Below, piece by piece: positions 35,922 to 44,777 of a stretch of 64,000 bases of DNA. Every line of letters starts with the position of its first letter. Positions within the stretch are counted from its first letter, which is position 1. The notes under the pieces are model-generated. The model was given only the letters and a program-made list of their open reading frames with translations, ran no database searches and was not told the DNA's origin. Made by a program: the position numbers and the translations under genes. The stretch comes from Paludibacteraceae bacterium (GTDB lineage Bacteria > Bacteroidota > Bacteroidia > Bacteroidales > Paludibacteraceae): assembly GCA_024399965.1 (NCBI GenBank), contig JAKSNJ010000007.1, positions 2,436 to 66,435 of the forward strand, in the 5' to 3' direction.

Positions 35922-38225
35922 ATGAGTAAGAATTTAGTCATTGTTGAGTCACCGGAGAAAGCAAAAACAATCGAGAAATTTTTAGGGAAAGACTATCGCG
36001 TTCTTTCTTCTAAAGGCCATATACGAGATATAGAGGGTATAGGAAAACGTAGTATCGGAATTGATTTTGATAACGATTATACCCCGAACTATGTCATTGA
36101 CCCGACCAAAGAATCCCTGCTGGCTACGATGCGCAGCGAAGCTGCCAAGGCCGATACGGTTTGGCTGGCAAGTGATGAGGACCGTGAGGGTGAGGCCATC
36201 GCTTGGCACCTGCAAGAAGTGCTGCAATTAGCCCCCGAACGGACACGACGCATCGTTTTTCACGAGATTACCAAAGACGCTATTCAGGACGCTATCCAGC
36301 ATCCCCGTCAGGTGGATTATAACCTTGTTCAAGCCCAACAGGCACGCCGCGTGTTGGACCGTATCGTGGGCTTTGAGTTGTCACCTATCCTGTGGCGCAA
36401 GATTGTAACAGGACTCAGTGCCGGACGTGTACAGTCTGTGGCTGTACGCCTGATTGTGGAGCGCGAACGCGAGATAGAAGAGTTTAAGGAACAGGCCCAA
36501 TACCGCGTTGTGGCGGACTTTATGGGCACAAGCACCGAAGGCCAACCTGCCGTGCTACATACCGAACTCAATCACCGTTTCACGACCAAAGACGAGGTCA
36601 TCGATTTCCTTGACCTCTGCCAACAGACCACTTTCCGTTTGGGCAGTACACAGACCAAACCCGTACATCGTGCACCGGCTCCTCCGTTCACCACATCTTC
36701 CTTACAGCAGGAGGCAGCACGTAAACTCAAATTCACCGTCAGCAAGACCATGCGCCTCGCACAGTCCTTATATGAGGCAGGTTTGATTACCTATATGCGT
36801 ACGGACTCCGTACACCTGAGCACACTCGCATTGGGCACTGCCAAGACGGAGATTCTTGCCAACTACGGAGAGCAGTACCACAAGTTGCGCCAGTACAAGA
36901 CTTCCAGCAAGGGGGCACAGGAGGCGCATGAGGCCATTCGTCCCACCTACCTGTCCAACCACACTGCGGGACGTACTGCAGACGAGAAACGCCTGTATGA
37001 ACTGATTTGGAAACGTACCATCGCCTGCCAGATGAGCGATGCCGAGATAGAAGCCACACGCATTGAGGTGGTAAGCGACGATACCCCGTATGCCTTTGTC
37101 GCTCAAGGAGAAACGGTACTCTTTGACGGTTTTACCAAAGTGTATATCAAGTCGGTAGATGACGAGAACACCGAGCGCACGGCTATCTTGCCTAAGATGG
37201 CTTCTGGACAGACACTTACCTGCGACACCTACGTCGGGCAACAGACCTTCACCAAGGCACCTTTCCGTTACAACGAGGCCTCGCTGGTGGACAAAATGGA
37301 GGAATTGGGCATCGGTCGTCCTTCTACCTACGCCACTACGATTGAGACGATTCAGTCGCGCAAGTACGTGGCACGCGGCAACGCCGACGGACACCCCCAC
37401 AAGGTACATATCATCTCCGTCAAAAAAGGACGTTATTCCGAGAAATACGAAACAGAGATAGTCGGGCAGGAGTCCGGCAAACTGTTGCCCACCGACCTCG
37501 GACGGCTGTCCAACGATTTCTTAGTGCAGAACTTCCCCGAGATACTGTCATACGACTTCACGGCACGCGAGGAAACGAACTTTGATAAGATAGCCGCCGG
37601 TAAGACGAACTGGGTCAAGGTGGTGGACACGTTCTATCACCGGTTCCATCCGCTGATTGAGCACGTGCCCGGAGGCAAGATGGATAGTCGGCTTTTGGGT
37701 ACAGACCCCAAGACGGGCGCGCCTGTCTTTGCCAAGATAAGCAAGGTTGGACCATGTATCCAAATTGGCAACGCCGACCAAGGCAAACCTAAGTTCGCCA
37801 GCATGAAAGAGGGACAGTCGATTTACACCATCACCCTCAAGGAGGCCCTCGAACTGTTTGCTGAGGTAAAGCACAAAGCCCTCTTCCTCTTGGACGGAGA
37901 CGAGGTGCAGTACGGTGTGGGTAAATACGGACCGTATGTCAAGTACCGTGGCAACTTTATCTCTGTTTCGGAAACTGACGAACAGCAACTCACGCCTGAG
38001 CGCGTGCGCGATATTTTACAAAAGGAGAAAGCCAAGAATCAGCCCCTGCACACTTTCGGTGACATCACTGTGCATCAAGGGCGGTACGGATTGTATCTCA
38101 AGAAAGGAAAAGAGAATTACCCGCTGCCCAAATCTGTTCAATTGGACGACTTGACCGAGACCTATTGTCAAGAATTGATAACCAATCATAAACCCTCTAA
38201 AAAATATGCTCGTAAACATTCTTAA
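35922..38225 (+). CDS. topA: DNA topoisomerase I
   Basis: Toprim ([25 protein letters not shown]). Catalytic region ITYMRTDS. C-terminal basic repeats. Confidence 0.95.
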   Translation: MSKNLVIVESPEKAKTIEKFLGKDYRVLSSKGHIRDIEGIGKRSIGIDFDNDYTPNYVIDPTKESLLATMRSEAAKADTVWLASDEDREGEAIAWHLQEVLQLAPERTRRIVFHEITKDAIQDAIQHPRQVDYNLVQAQQARRVLDRIVGFELSPILWRKIVTGLSAGRVQSVAVRLIVEREREIEEFKEQAQYRVVADFMGTSTEGQPAVLHTELNHRFTTKDEVIDFLDLCQQTTFRLGSTQTKPVHRAPAPPFTTSSLQQEAARKLKFTVSKTMRLAQSLYEAGLITYMRTDSVHLSTLALGTAKTEILANYGEQYHKLRQYKTSSKGAQEAHEAIRPTYLSNHTAGRTADEKRLYELIWKRTIACQMSDAEIEATRIEVVSDDTPYAFVAQGETVLFDGFTKVYIKSVDDENTERTAILPKMASGQTLTCDTYVGQQTFTKAPFRYNEASLVDKMEELGIGRPSTYATTIETIQSRKYVARGNADGHPHKVHIISVKKGRYSEKYETEIVGQESGKLLPTDLGRLSNDFLVQNFPEILSYDFTAREETNFDKIAAGKTNWVKVVDTFYHRFHPLIEHVPGGKMDSRLLGTDPKTGAPVFAKISKVGPCIQIGNADQGKPKFASMKEGQSIYTITLKEALELFAEVKHKALFLLDGDEVQYGVGKYGPYVKYRGNFISVSETDEQQLTPERVRDILQKEKAKNQPLHTFGDITVHQGRYGLYLKKGKENYPLPKSVQLDDLTETYCQELITNHKPSKKYARKHS

Positions 38226-38538
38226 ATCAAAGATCCATCGCGTAACCGTTACGGAGGCGAATTTGGACTACGTAGGTTCCATCACCATTGACGAGGATTG
38301 GATGGAGCAAAGTGGTATATTAGAGGGGGAGCGTGTGCAGGTAGTGGACGTTACCAACGGTGCGCGGCTGGAGACTTATGTCATTCCCGGTAAGCGCGGT
38401 AGCCACTGCATCTGTATGAACGGTGCTGCAGCGCATCTGATTAAGGTGGGGGACACCGTCATCATCATGGCGTATGCGTGGATGACGCCGGAAGAGCAAA
38501 GCACCTTCAAGCCCACCATCGTATTCCCTAAACTCTAA
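38206..38538 (+). CDS. panD: Aspartate 1-decarboxylase
   Basis: [17 protein letters not shown] self-processing site. 110 aa. It overlaps the topA 3' end by 20 nt. Confidence 0.92.
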   Translation: MLVNILKSKIHRVTVTEANLDYVGSITIDEDWMEQSGILEGERVQVVDVTNGARLETYVIPGKRGSHCICMNGAAAHLIKVGDTVIIMAYAWMTPEEQSTFKPTIVFPKL

Positions 38539-38565
38539 AACCTACTACCTACAACCTGCTCTCTA
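38524..38565 (+). repeat. Heptamer-periodic spacer, about 6 units (ttcccta aactcta aaaccta ctaccta caacctg ctctcta), spanning the panD stop to the tgt start
   Basis: Direct reading. G-poor on the coding strand. Confidence 0.8.
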
Positions 38566-38568
38566 ACA

Positions 38569-39702
38569 ATGCCTTTCTTTGACCTACATACCACCGACCC
38601 CCACTCCCATGCGCGTGCAGGTGTGGTTCATACGGACCATGGTGATATACTCACGCCTATTTTTATGCCGGTAGGCACGGTAGGTACGGTCAAGGGTGTG
38701 CATAAACGCGACTTAATCGACGATATACATGCCCAAATCATCTTGGGCAATACGTACCATCTTTATCTTCGTCCGGGTACGGCCATTTTGCACCAAGCCG
38801 GTGGTTTGCACCGCTTTGAGGGTTGGGATAAACCTATCTTGACGGACTCCGGCGGTTATCAGGTATTCTCGCTAACCGACATTCGCAAGATGAGCGAAGA
38901 GGGCGTACAGTTCTCCTCCCACATTGACGGACGCAAACTGATGTTCACGCCGGAGAGCGTGATGGACATCGAGCGCGAGATAGGGGCAGATATTGTTATG
39001 GCGTTTGACGAGTGCTGCCCGGGTACGGCGGACAAGCAGTATGCCGAATCCAGTATGCAACGCACGCACCGCTGGTTAGACCGTTGTATTCAGCGCTTTG
39101 ACTCCACATCTGACCTGTACGGCTATCGCCAGCACCTCTTCCCCATTGTGCAGGGTTGCGTCTATACCGACCTGAGGCAAGAAGCCGCCAAACGGCTGCG
39201 CGACTTAGACCGTGACGGCTATGCCATTGGCGGACTGGCAGTGGGCGAACCTGCCGAAAAGATGTATGAGATGATAGAGGTGGTCAATGCCATCTTGCCG
39301 GAGAATAAACCCCGTTATCTGATGGGCGTAGGCACGCCGTGGAATATATTGGAGGGCATCGAGAGAGGTGTAGATATGTTCGACTGTGTGATGCCGACGC
39401 GCAACGGACGCAACGGACAAATCTTCACCCGACAGGGTGTGATGAACATGCGCAACCAAAAGTGGGAGAACGACTTTACCGAACTGGACCCCTATGGTAC
39501 CAGTTATGTTGACCACGCTTACTCGCGTGCGTATGTGCGCCATCTTATTCATAGCGAGGAAATGCTTGGATTGGAAATCCTGTCTATTCATAACTTGGCA
39601 TTCTACCTGTGGCTGGTGGGCGAAGCCCGGCAGCATATTCTACAAGGCGACTTCAAGTCGTGGAAGGACGGCATTATGCCCACGCTTATGCAACGCTTAT
39701 GA
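38569..39702 (+). CDS. tgt: tRNA-guanine(34) transglycosylase
   Basis: TPIFMPVGT.GTVK, LGNTYHL, TDSGG.Q, AFDEC, GLAVGE, DCV.PTR. Confidence 0.95.
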   Translation: MPFFDLHTTDPHSHARAGVVHTDHGDILTPIFMPVGTVGTVKGVHKRDLIDDIHAQIILGNTYHLYLRPGTAILHQAGGLHRFEGWDKPILTDSGGYQVFSLTDIRKMSEEGVQFSSHIDGRKLMFTPESVMDIEREIGADIVMAFDECCPGTADKQYAESSMQRTHRWLDRCIQRFDSTSDLYGYRQHLFPIVQGCVYTDLRQEAAKRLRDLDRDGYAIGGLAVGEPAEKMYEMIEVVNAILPENKPRYLMGVGTPWNILEGIERGVDMFDCVMPTRNGRNGQIFTRQGVMNMRNQKWENDFTELDPYGTSYVDHAYSRAYVRHLIHSEEMLGLEILSIHNLAFYLWLVGEARQHILQGDFKSWKDGIMPTLMQRL

Positions 39703-40811
39703 CCTTCAAACAGTTGGGACATACTATCACAAACCTGTTCACCACGCTGGATTGGTATATCATTCGCAAGTTCTTGGGGACGTTCTTCTTCTCCATCATC
39801 TTGATTTTGGGTATAGGCATTGTCTTTGACATTACCGAGAAGATGGACGATTTCTACGATGCACAACTCTCTTTCTCGGAGGTCGTGTTGCAGTATTACA
39901 TCTACTTTATTCCCTACTACATGAATATGTTCAGTCCGCTGTTCATCTTCATTTCGGTTATTTTCTTTACGTCCAAACTGGCAGGTAACAGTGAGATTAT
40001 TGCCATGATGTCCACCGGTATGAGTTTTCACCGGCTGATGTGGCCCTACCTGTTCTCGTCTATACTGCTGTTTTTTATGCTCTTTTTCATGGCGGGATAT
40101 ATCATACCTCCGGCTTCGGGTAAGTTACTGGACTTCACGGATAAATATGTGGACCAATTCACGGACGATAACGTGCGTAACGTGCAGATGGAAGTTGAGC
40201 CGGGCACTATACTTTATATTGAGACCTACCGCAAGTCGTCCAATGTAGGTTATCGCACCTCCTTGGAGCACTTTGACGGCAAGACGCTCAAAATGCGTAT
40301 CACGGCTGACCGCATTGTTTATGATTCCTGCTATAACTGGCACATGGAGCACTACACCCGTCGTGATTTTGACGGTATGTACGAGTCCCTCACACGCGGA
40401 GAACGTCTTGACACTATTATACCTATGCAGCCGGAAGAACTGTTTATTACGGCAGAGATGGCACAGCAGATGACCAATCCCGAACTGCGAACCTACATGG
40501 AACGGCAACGCCAACGGGGTGCCGGCAACTTACAGGCGTTCGAGAACGAGTGGCACAAACGCTTTGCCTCACCCATTGGTGCCTTTATTATGACCTTGTT
40601 GGGAGTAACGATGTCTTGTAAAAAAGTGCGTGGTGGAATGGGAAAGAACTTAGGCATAGGCATTGCCCTATCTGCCGGATATATCCTTTTCTCAACCGTC
40701 AGCACCTCTTTCTCGGTTAGCGGTACGATGAGTCCCTTTATGGCTGCGTGGATACCCAATTTCGTCTTCCTCGCTATCGGGTCGTACCTCTATTTCAAAG
40801 TACAGAAATAA
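39699..40811 (+). CDS. LptF/LptG-family LPS export permease
   Basis: LDWYIIRKFLGTFFFSIILI.. N-terminus, a large periplasmic loop and C-terminal TM helices. The ATG overlaps the tgt stop (ATGA). Confidence 0.8.
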   Translation: MTFKQLGHTITNLFTTLDWYIIRKFLGTFFFSIILILGIGIVFDITEKMDDFYDAQLSFSEVVLQYYIYFIPYYMNMFSPLFIFISVIFFTSKLAGNSEIIAMMSTGMSFHRLMWPYLFSSILLFFMLFFMAGYIIPPASGKLLDFTDKYVDQFTDDNVRNVQMEVEPGTILYIETYRKSSNVGYRTSLEHFDGKTLKMRITADRIVYDSCYNWHMEHYTRRDFDGMYESLTRGERLDTIIPMQPEELFITAEMAQQMTNPELRTYMERQRQRGAGNLQAFENEWHKRFASPIGAFIMTLLGVTMSCKKVRGGMGKNLGIGIALSAGYILFSTVSTSFSVSGTMSPFMAAWIPNFVFLAIGSYLYFKVQK

Positions 40812-40838
40812 AAAAGGGCTGCTGATGCAACCCTTTTT
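40811..40838. terminator. Bidirectional hairpin between convergent lptF/G-like and pepD genes
   Basis: aaaaagggctgc-tgat-gcaaccctttttc. Confidence 0.6.
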
Positions 40839-40844
40839 CGTATT

Positions 40845-42290
40845 TTACAATTCCTTCAGTATCGTGGTAACGTAGTGGTAGAATTTCTGCACGGTCGCTA
40901 TGTTGACGCGCTCATCAGGGCTATGCGGGTGCTCAATGGTGGGACCAAACGAAATCATATCCAAGTTCGGATAGTTCTGCCCGATGATACCGCACTCCAA
41001 GCCGGCATGAATGGCCTTCAAACTGGGTTCGTTGCCGAACTCACGTTGATAGATTTGTTTCATGAGCGACACGATAGGACGCTTCAGCGATAAGTTCCAA
41101 CCCGGGTAATCGTTAACGAACTCGATGCTTGCACCTGCCAGCGAGAAGACGGAGTGAACAATCTCACGCAACTCTTCCTTATGGCTATCTACGTTGCTGC
41201 GCGTCAGGCAAACCACCTCAACGCAGTTACCGTCCATACGAATAACGCCCACGTTATTGGAGGTCTCTACGGAATCAGGCATCTCAATCATCATGCGATA
41301 TACGCCTTGCGGACAAATCACGATGGCGTGAATGAGGAAGTCCTGCACATCTTCAGGCATCTCTTCCTTCGGGCAAGCCACTTGTTCTGCTGCCAGATGG
41401 ATATTGTCCTCTACACCGTCATATTCTTTGATAAAGCGGTCTTCCCACTCATCTACCAGTGCCATGAACTCGTCTTTGCCTTCTTGCGGAATGGTTACTA
41501 CTGCCTCGGCGTTACGTGGAATAGCGTTACGCATATCGCCGCCTTGTGCGCTAACCAAACGGGCTTCGTATTCCGATACGGCCTCTTTGAGGAAGCGGAA
41601 GAGCAGTTTATTGGCATTTGCACGCTGCAACTGAATGTCGCAACCCGAGTGACCGCCTTTCAGACCGGACACGCTCACTTTGATGGCGATGTCGCCTTCC
41701 TCTACAGCCACCGGCGTGAAGTCAAAACGTGCTACTGTATCTACGCCACCGGCGCAACCCGTATAAAGTTCGCCCTCTATCTCGCTGTCTAAGTTGAGCA
41801 TTACTTGCCCCTTCAGCACACCGGCTTCCAAGGCGTTGGCGCCAAACATACCGGTCTCTTCATCTACAGTGAAGAAGGCCTCCAAGGGAGGATGAACGGC
41901 GTTCTTGTCTGCCAAGATAGTCATTGCGGTGGCAACGCCTATGCCGTTGTCTGCGCCCAATGTCGTGCCGTCTGCCGTTACCCACTCGCCGTTGTCCTCT
42001 ACGTAGGCGCGGATGGGGTCTTTCTCAAAGTCGTGTTGCGACTCGTCGGTTTTTTGGGGCACCATGTCCATGTGTCCCTGCAGGATAACACACGGGTGGT
42101 TCTCATAACCTGCGGAAGCCGGCTTGCGGATGAGCACATTACCTATTGCATCTTGCGTTGTTTCCAAACCTAAACTGCGGCCATAGTTGGCCATAAAGTC
42201 CGAGATTTCTTTGCGTTTGCCCGACGGACGAGGCACTTGCGTGATGTGGTAGAAATTCTCCCACAACGCCTTGGGTTCTAAATTTCTCAT
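40845..42290 (-). CDS. pepD: Aminoacyl-histidine dipeptidase (M20 family, PepD)
   Basis: LWENFYHITQVPRPSGK.., ILQGHMDMV, ADNGIG, and C-terminal EHPHSPDERV. Confidence 0.9.
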   Translation of the reverse strand: MRNLEPKALWENFYHITQVPRPSGKRKEISDFMANYGRSLGLETTQDAIGNVLIRKPASAGYENHPCVILQGHMDMVPQKTDESQHDFEKDPIRAYVEDNGEWVTADGTTLGADNGIGVATAMTILADKNAVHPPLEAFFTVDEETGMFGANALEAGVLKGQVMLNLDSEIEGELYTGCAGGVDTVARFDFTPVAVEEGDIAIKVSVSGLKGGHSGCDIQLQRANANKLLFRFLKEAVSEYEARLVSAQGGDMRNAIPRNAEAVVTIPQEGKDEFMALVDEWEDRFIKEYDGVEDNIHLAAEQVACPKEEMPEDVQDFLIHAIVICPQGVYRMMIEMPDSVETSNNVGVIRMDGNCVEVVCLTRSNVDSHKEELREIVHSVFSLAGASIEFVNDYPGWNLSLKRPIVSLMKQIYQREFGNEPSLKAIHAGLECGIIGQNYPNLDMISFGPTIEHPHSPDERVNIATVQKFYHYVTTILKEL

Positions 42291-42304
42291 TGTTATTATT
42301 TTTT

Positions 42305-42346
42305 AATTCTCAATTCTCAATTCTCCATTCTCAATTCTCAATTCAC
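42305..42346. repeat. Heptamer micro-array, 6 units (aattctc x3, cattctc, aattctc, aattcac), filling the ansA-stop to pepD-start spacer
   Basis: Direct reading. The ansA TGA (42338..42340) lies inside the array. Confidence 0.92.
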
Positions 42347-43366
42347 CACTGTCATTTCTCCGCACAACGGTGTGCAAATCAGCCGCTTCACTTCCTCCGT
42401 GTCGCTGTATTCGCCCATCAGCACCATCATCTTGGTCAGCAGCGCTTCGGTGGTGATGTCATAACCGCTCAGCACTCCGGCTTTCATCAGGTTCAGACTG
42501 ACCTGATACAGCCCCATAGCCACTGTCCCTGTGTGACATTGTGTCTTGTTCACGATGACCAAACCGCGCTGTACGGCGTCCCGCAACGCCTCATACAGCC
42601 ACTCGTACGAGGGGGCATTGCCCGAGCCAAAGGTCTCTAATACCACGCCGCGCAGACCTTCTGTCTTCAAGATGGCTTGCACCACAGGTGGGGTGATGCC
42701 CGGAAATAGTTTCAGTACCGCCACATTGCGGTCTATTTTCAGGTGCGTCTGCAACGGCATTTGCGTCGTTTCCCGATGTATCAGATTCTCACGGTACGTG
42801 ATGTGTACGCCTACTTTGGCTAAGGTGGGGTAGTTGTATGAATCAAATGCCTCAAACTGCTCGCTGTTCATCTTGGTGGTGCGGTTACCGCGGAAGAGCC
42901 GTCCCTCGAAATATACGCACACTTCCGGCACCATTGCCTCGCCTTGCTCGTTCTTGGCTGCGGCTATCTCAATGGCTGTCAGCAGGTTCTCGCGTGCGTC
43001 GGAACGTAGTACGCCTATCGGCAATTGACTACCGGTCAGCACCACCGGCTTGCGCAGGTTGGTGAGCATAAAACTGAGTGCCGAAGCCGAATAGGACATG
43101 GTATCGGTGCCGTGCAGGATAACAAAACCGTCGTAGCGGTCGTAGTTGTCGGCAACTGTCTGCGCCATCTTGACCCAGTGGTCGGGGTTCATATCCGATG
43201 AGTCGATTAGTGGTTGGAAGGGTATCATATCTACTTCCACGGACGACGATACCAATTCCGGCACCATTGCCTTAAACACCTCTTTGGAAGCCGGACACAA
43301 CGCCCCGGTCTTGTGTTCTTGCACCATCGAAATGGTTCCACCCGTTAATATCAGCAGTACACGCAT
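42338..43366 (-). CDS. ansA: L-asparaginase, type I
   Basis: MRVLLILTGGTISM catalytic Thr motif and HGTDTM. Start set at the ATG at 43366. Confidence 0.9.
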   Translation of the reverse strand: MRVLLILTGGTISMVQEHKTGALCPASKEVFKAMVPELVSSSVEVDMIPFQPLIDSSDMNPDHWVKMAQTVADNYDRYDGFVILHGTDTMSYSASALSFMLTNLRKPVVLTGSQLPIGVLRSDARENLLTAIEIAAAKNEQGEAMVPEVCVYFEGRLFRGNRTTKMNSEQFEAFDSYNYPTLAKVGVHITYRENLIHRETTQMPLQTHLKIDRNVAVLKLFPGITPPVVQAILKTEGLRGVVLETFGSGNAPSYEWLYEALRDAVQRGLVIVNKTQCHTGTVAMGLYQVSLNLMKAGVLSGYDITTEALLTKMMVLMGEYSDTEEVKRLICTPLCGEMTVVN

Positions 43367-43400
43367 CTTGCTACTTGTGTTTGGTTGTTTTTTGCGACTG

Positions 43401-43432
43401 CAAATATACACTTTTTTTTTGATATATGCAAA
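43401..43432 (-). promoter_or_regulatory. Promoter of ansA (TTTG-N20-TAtaTTTG)
   Basis: Minus strand reads TTTGcatatatcaaaaaaaaaagtgTAtaTTTGcag. Confidence 0.7.
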
Positions 43433-43452
43433 TAAATTTCAATTTATCTACC

Positions 43453-43487
43453 GTGCATTGTGCATTGTCCACTGCCAACCACCACCC
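43453..43487 (+). repeat. Heptamer micro-array (gtgcatt gtgcatt gtccact gccaacc accaccc)
   Basis: Direct reading. The first about 20 nt recur at 49661..49688 inside a CDS. Confidence 0.8.
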
Positions 43488-43710
43488 CTCTTATCGTTCG
43501 TCTATCTCGAGACCAACGATATACGAACGATGAACGAACGGTGAACGGAGAGTGAATTTTGGGTGTTTTTTGGGGGCAAAAATTTTGGTTTTGGCAGTGA
43601 TTGAGTGGTCGCGATGTGGTCACGAAATACACAGGCGCTTTACTCGCCCCTTTTTTTAGCCGTATTGCCACCCACCGACTATGTTATGTTGATGTTATGT
43701 TGCAAACAGG
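43480..43710 (+). repeat. Intergenic repeat family, copy B (full length)
   Basis: Near-identical to the reverse complement of 53135..53360 over about 230 bp. It shares both ends with copy A. Confidence 0.92.
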
Positions 43711-43716
43711 TAAACA

Positions 43717-43795
43717 TCGTTCAGCCACAAAGTGGCGGTTAAACGCATCATTTTACAGAAAGATTTGCATATATCAAAAAAAATTTGTAACTTTG
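43717..43795 (+). promoter_or_regulatory. Conserved upstream module plus promoter (TTTG 43764..43767, TAacTTTG 43788..43795) of the PCMD-like gene
   Basis: cgttcagccacaaagtggcggttaaacgcatcattttacagaaagaTTTGcatatatcaaaaaaaatttgTAacTTTGcgc. Confidence 0.7.
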
Positions 43796-43814
43796 CGCGT
43801 TATTTATAAAATAG

Positions 43815-44777
43815 ATGAGAAAAGTTTATAGTATATTGTTTGTTCTATTGGTGGGGGCGGGAATGACCGTACATGCCAAGGAACGGTTTGAGATGTTGCC
43901 CTACGGCGACATGGAATCGTGGGTAACGCGTTATATTAAGGAGTCAAAGTTCTTCAGCGGCAAAACCAAAACTATTTATGCCATTGCCTCTACCGACACA
44001 ACGTACACCACCACTCCCTTCCCGTATGGCAAAAACGGTAATCCGTGGTCTATCAGCAATGCGTACGCTTCCGTACTGGGTTGGATTAAAGTGAGTGGCA
44101 CAACGCGCCCCGAACGTCGTGGCAAGGGTTGGTGCTGCCGTATGGACTGCCGGTTGGAAGATGTGGTAGCAATGGGTATTGATCTCAAGTTGCAAATAGC
44201 CGGCACTATCTTCTTGGGCAAGACCTACGAGCCCGTGCCTCTGCGTGCTGCCAACGACCCCTACAGCGTGGTCGAAATGGGTGTGCCTTATACCCGTCGT
44301 CCCAAGGCCATTCAGTTGGATTACAAAGCCAAAGTAGAAGACTCCAATATCGTGACCTATGCCAAAGCCACTGCCCACCCCAAGAAACGCGAGGGGCGTG
44401 ACTGCGCCGAGGTATATGCTTTTCTTCAACACCGTTGGGAGGAAAACGGCAAACTCTACGCTGAGCGCATAGCCACCGCATACGAGCGCATCTGGAACGA
44501 CGTGCCTGAGTGGCAAAACGCACATCGTGTGCCCTTCCGCTACGGCGACATTTCCAAGCAGTCCAATTACCACGACTACGAGGGACTGAACTACCACGGT
44601 TTTCGTGCCAAGAACAGCAAGGGCGACATGGTGACTGTCAACGAAGTGGGGTACTCCACCACCGCCAAACCGACTCATCTGGTGCTGATGATTTCCTCCG
44701 GTTGCTACGAGGCCTTCATCGGGCATGACGGTAACATTTTCTGGGTAGATAATGTCGGACTGATTTATGATGAGTGA
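43815..44777 (+). CDS. Secreted PCMD-like (putative carbohydrate metabolism domain) protein
   Basis: Signal peptide. Motifs ..MESWVTR.., ..NPWSISNAY.. and a C-terminal ..FWVDNVGLIYD pattern as I recall them for PF13201-type Bacteroidales proteins. Confidence 0.5.
   Translation: MRKVYSILFVLLVGAGMTVHAKERFEMLPYGDMESWVTRYIKESKFFSGKTKTIYAIASTDTTYTTTPFPYGKNGNPWSISNAYASVLGWIKVSGTTRPERRGKGWCCRMDCRLEDVVAMGIDLKLQIAGTIFLGKTYEPVPLRAANDPYSVVEMGVPYTRRPKAIQLDYKAKVEDSNIVTYAKATAHPKKREGRDCAEVYAFLQHRWEENGKLYAERIATAYERIWNDVPEWQNAHRVPFRYGDISKQSNYHDYEGLNYHGFRAKNSKGDMVTVNEVGYSTTAKPTHLVLMISSGCYEAFIGHDGNIFWVDNVGLIYDE

Noticed and set aside
42290-42640. 116-aa + ORF starting MLLFFNSQFSILHSQFSIHH
   Set aside because: Its N-terminus is just the translated heptamer array at 42305..42346. 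The rest is antisense to ansA.
43444-43671. Small ORFs inside the three repeat copies (5931..6131 -, 43444..43671 -, 53239..53430 -)
   Set aside because: Copies B and C are inverted relative to each other, yet both ORFs are on the genomic minus strand. They therefore lie on opposite strands of the element and share no frame, which is consistent with non-coding repeat sequence.
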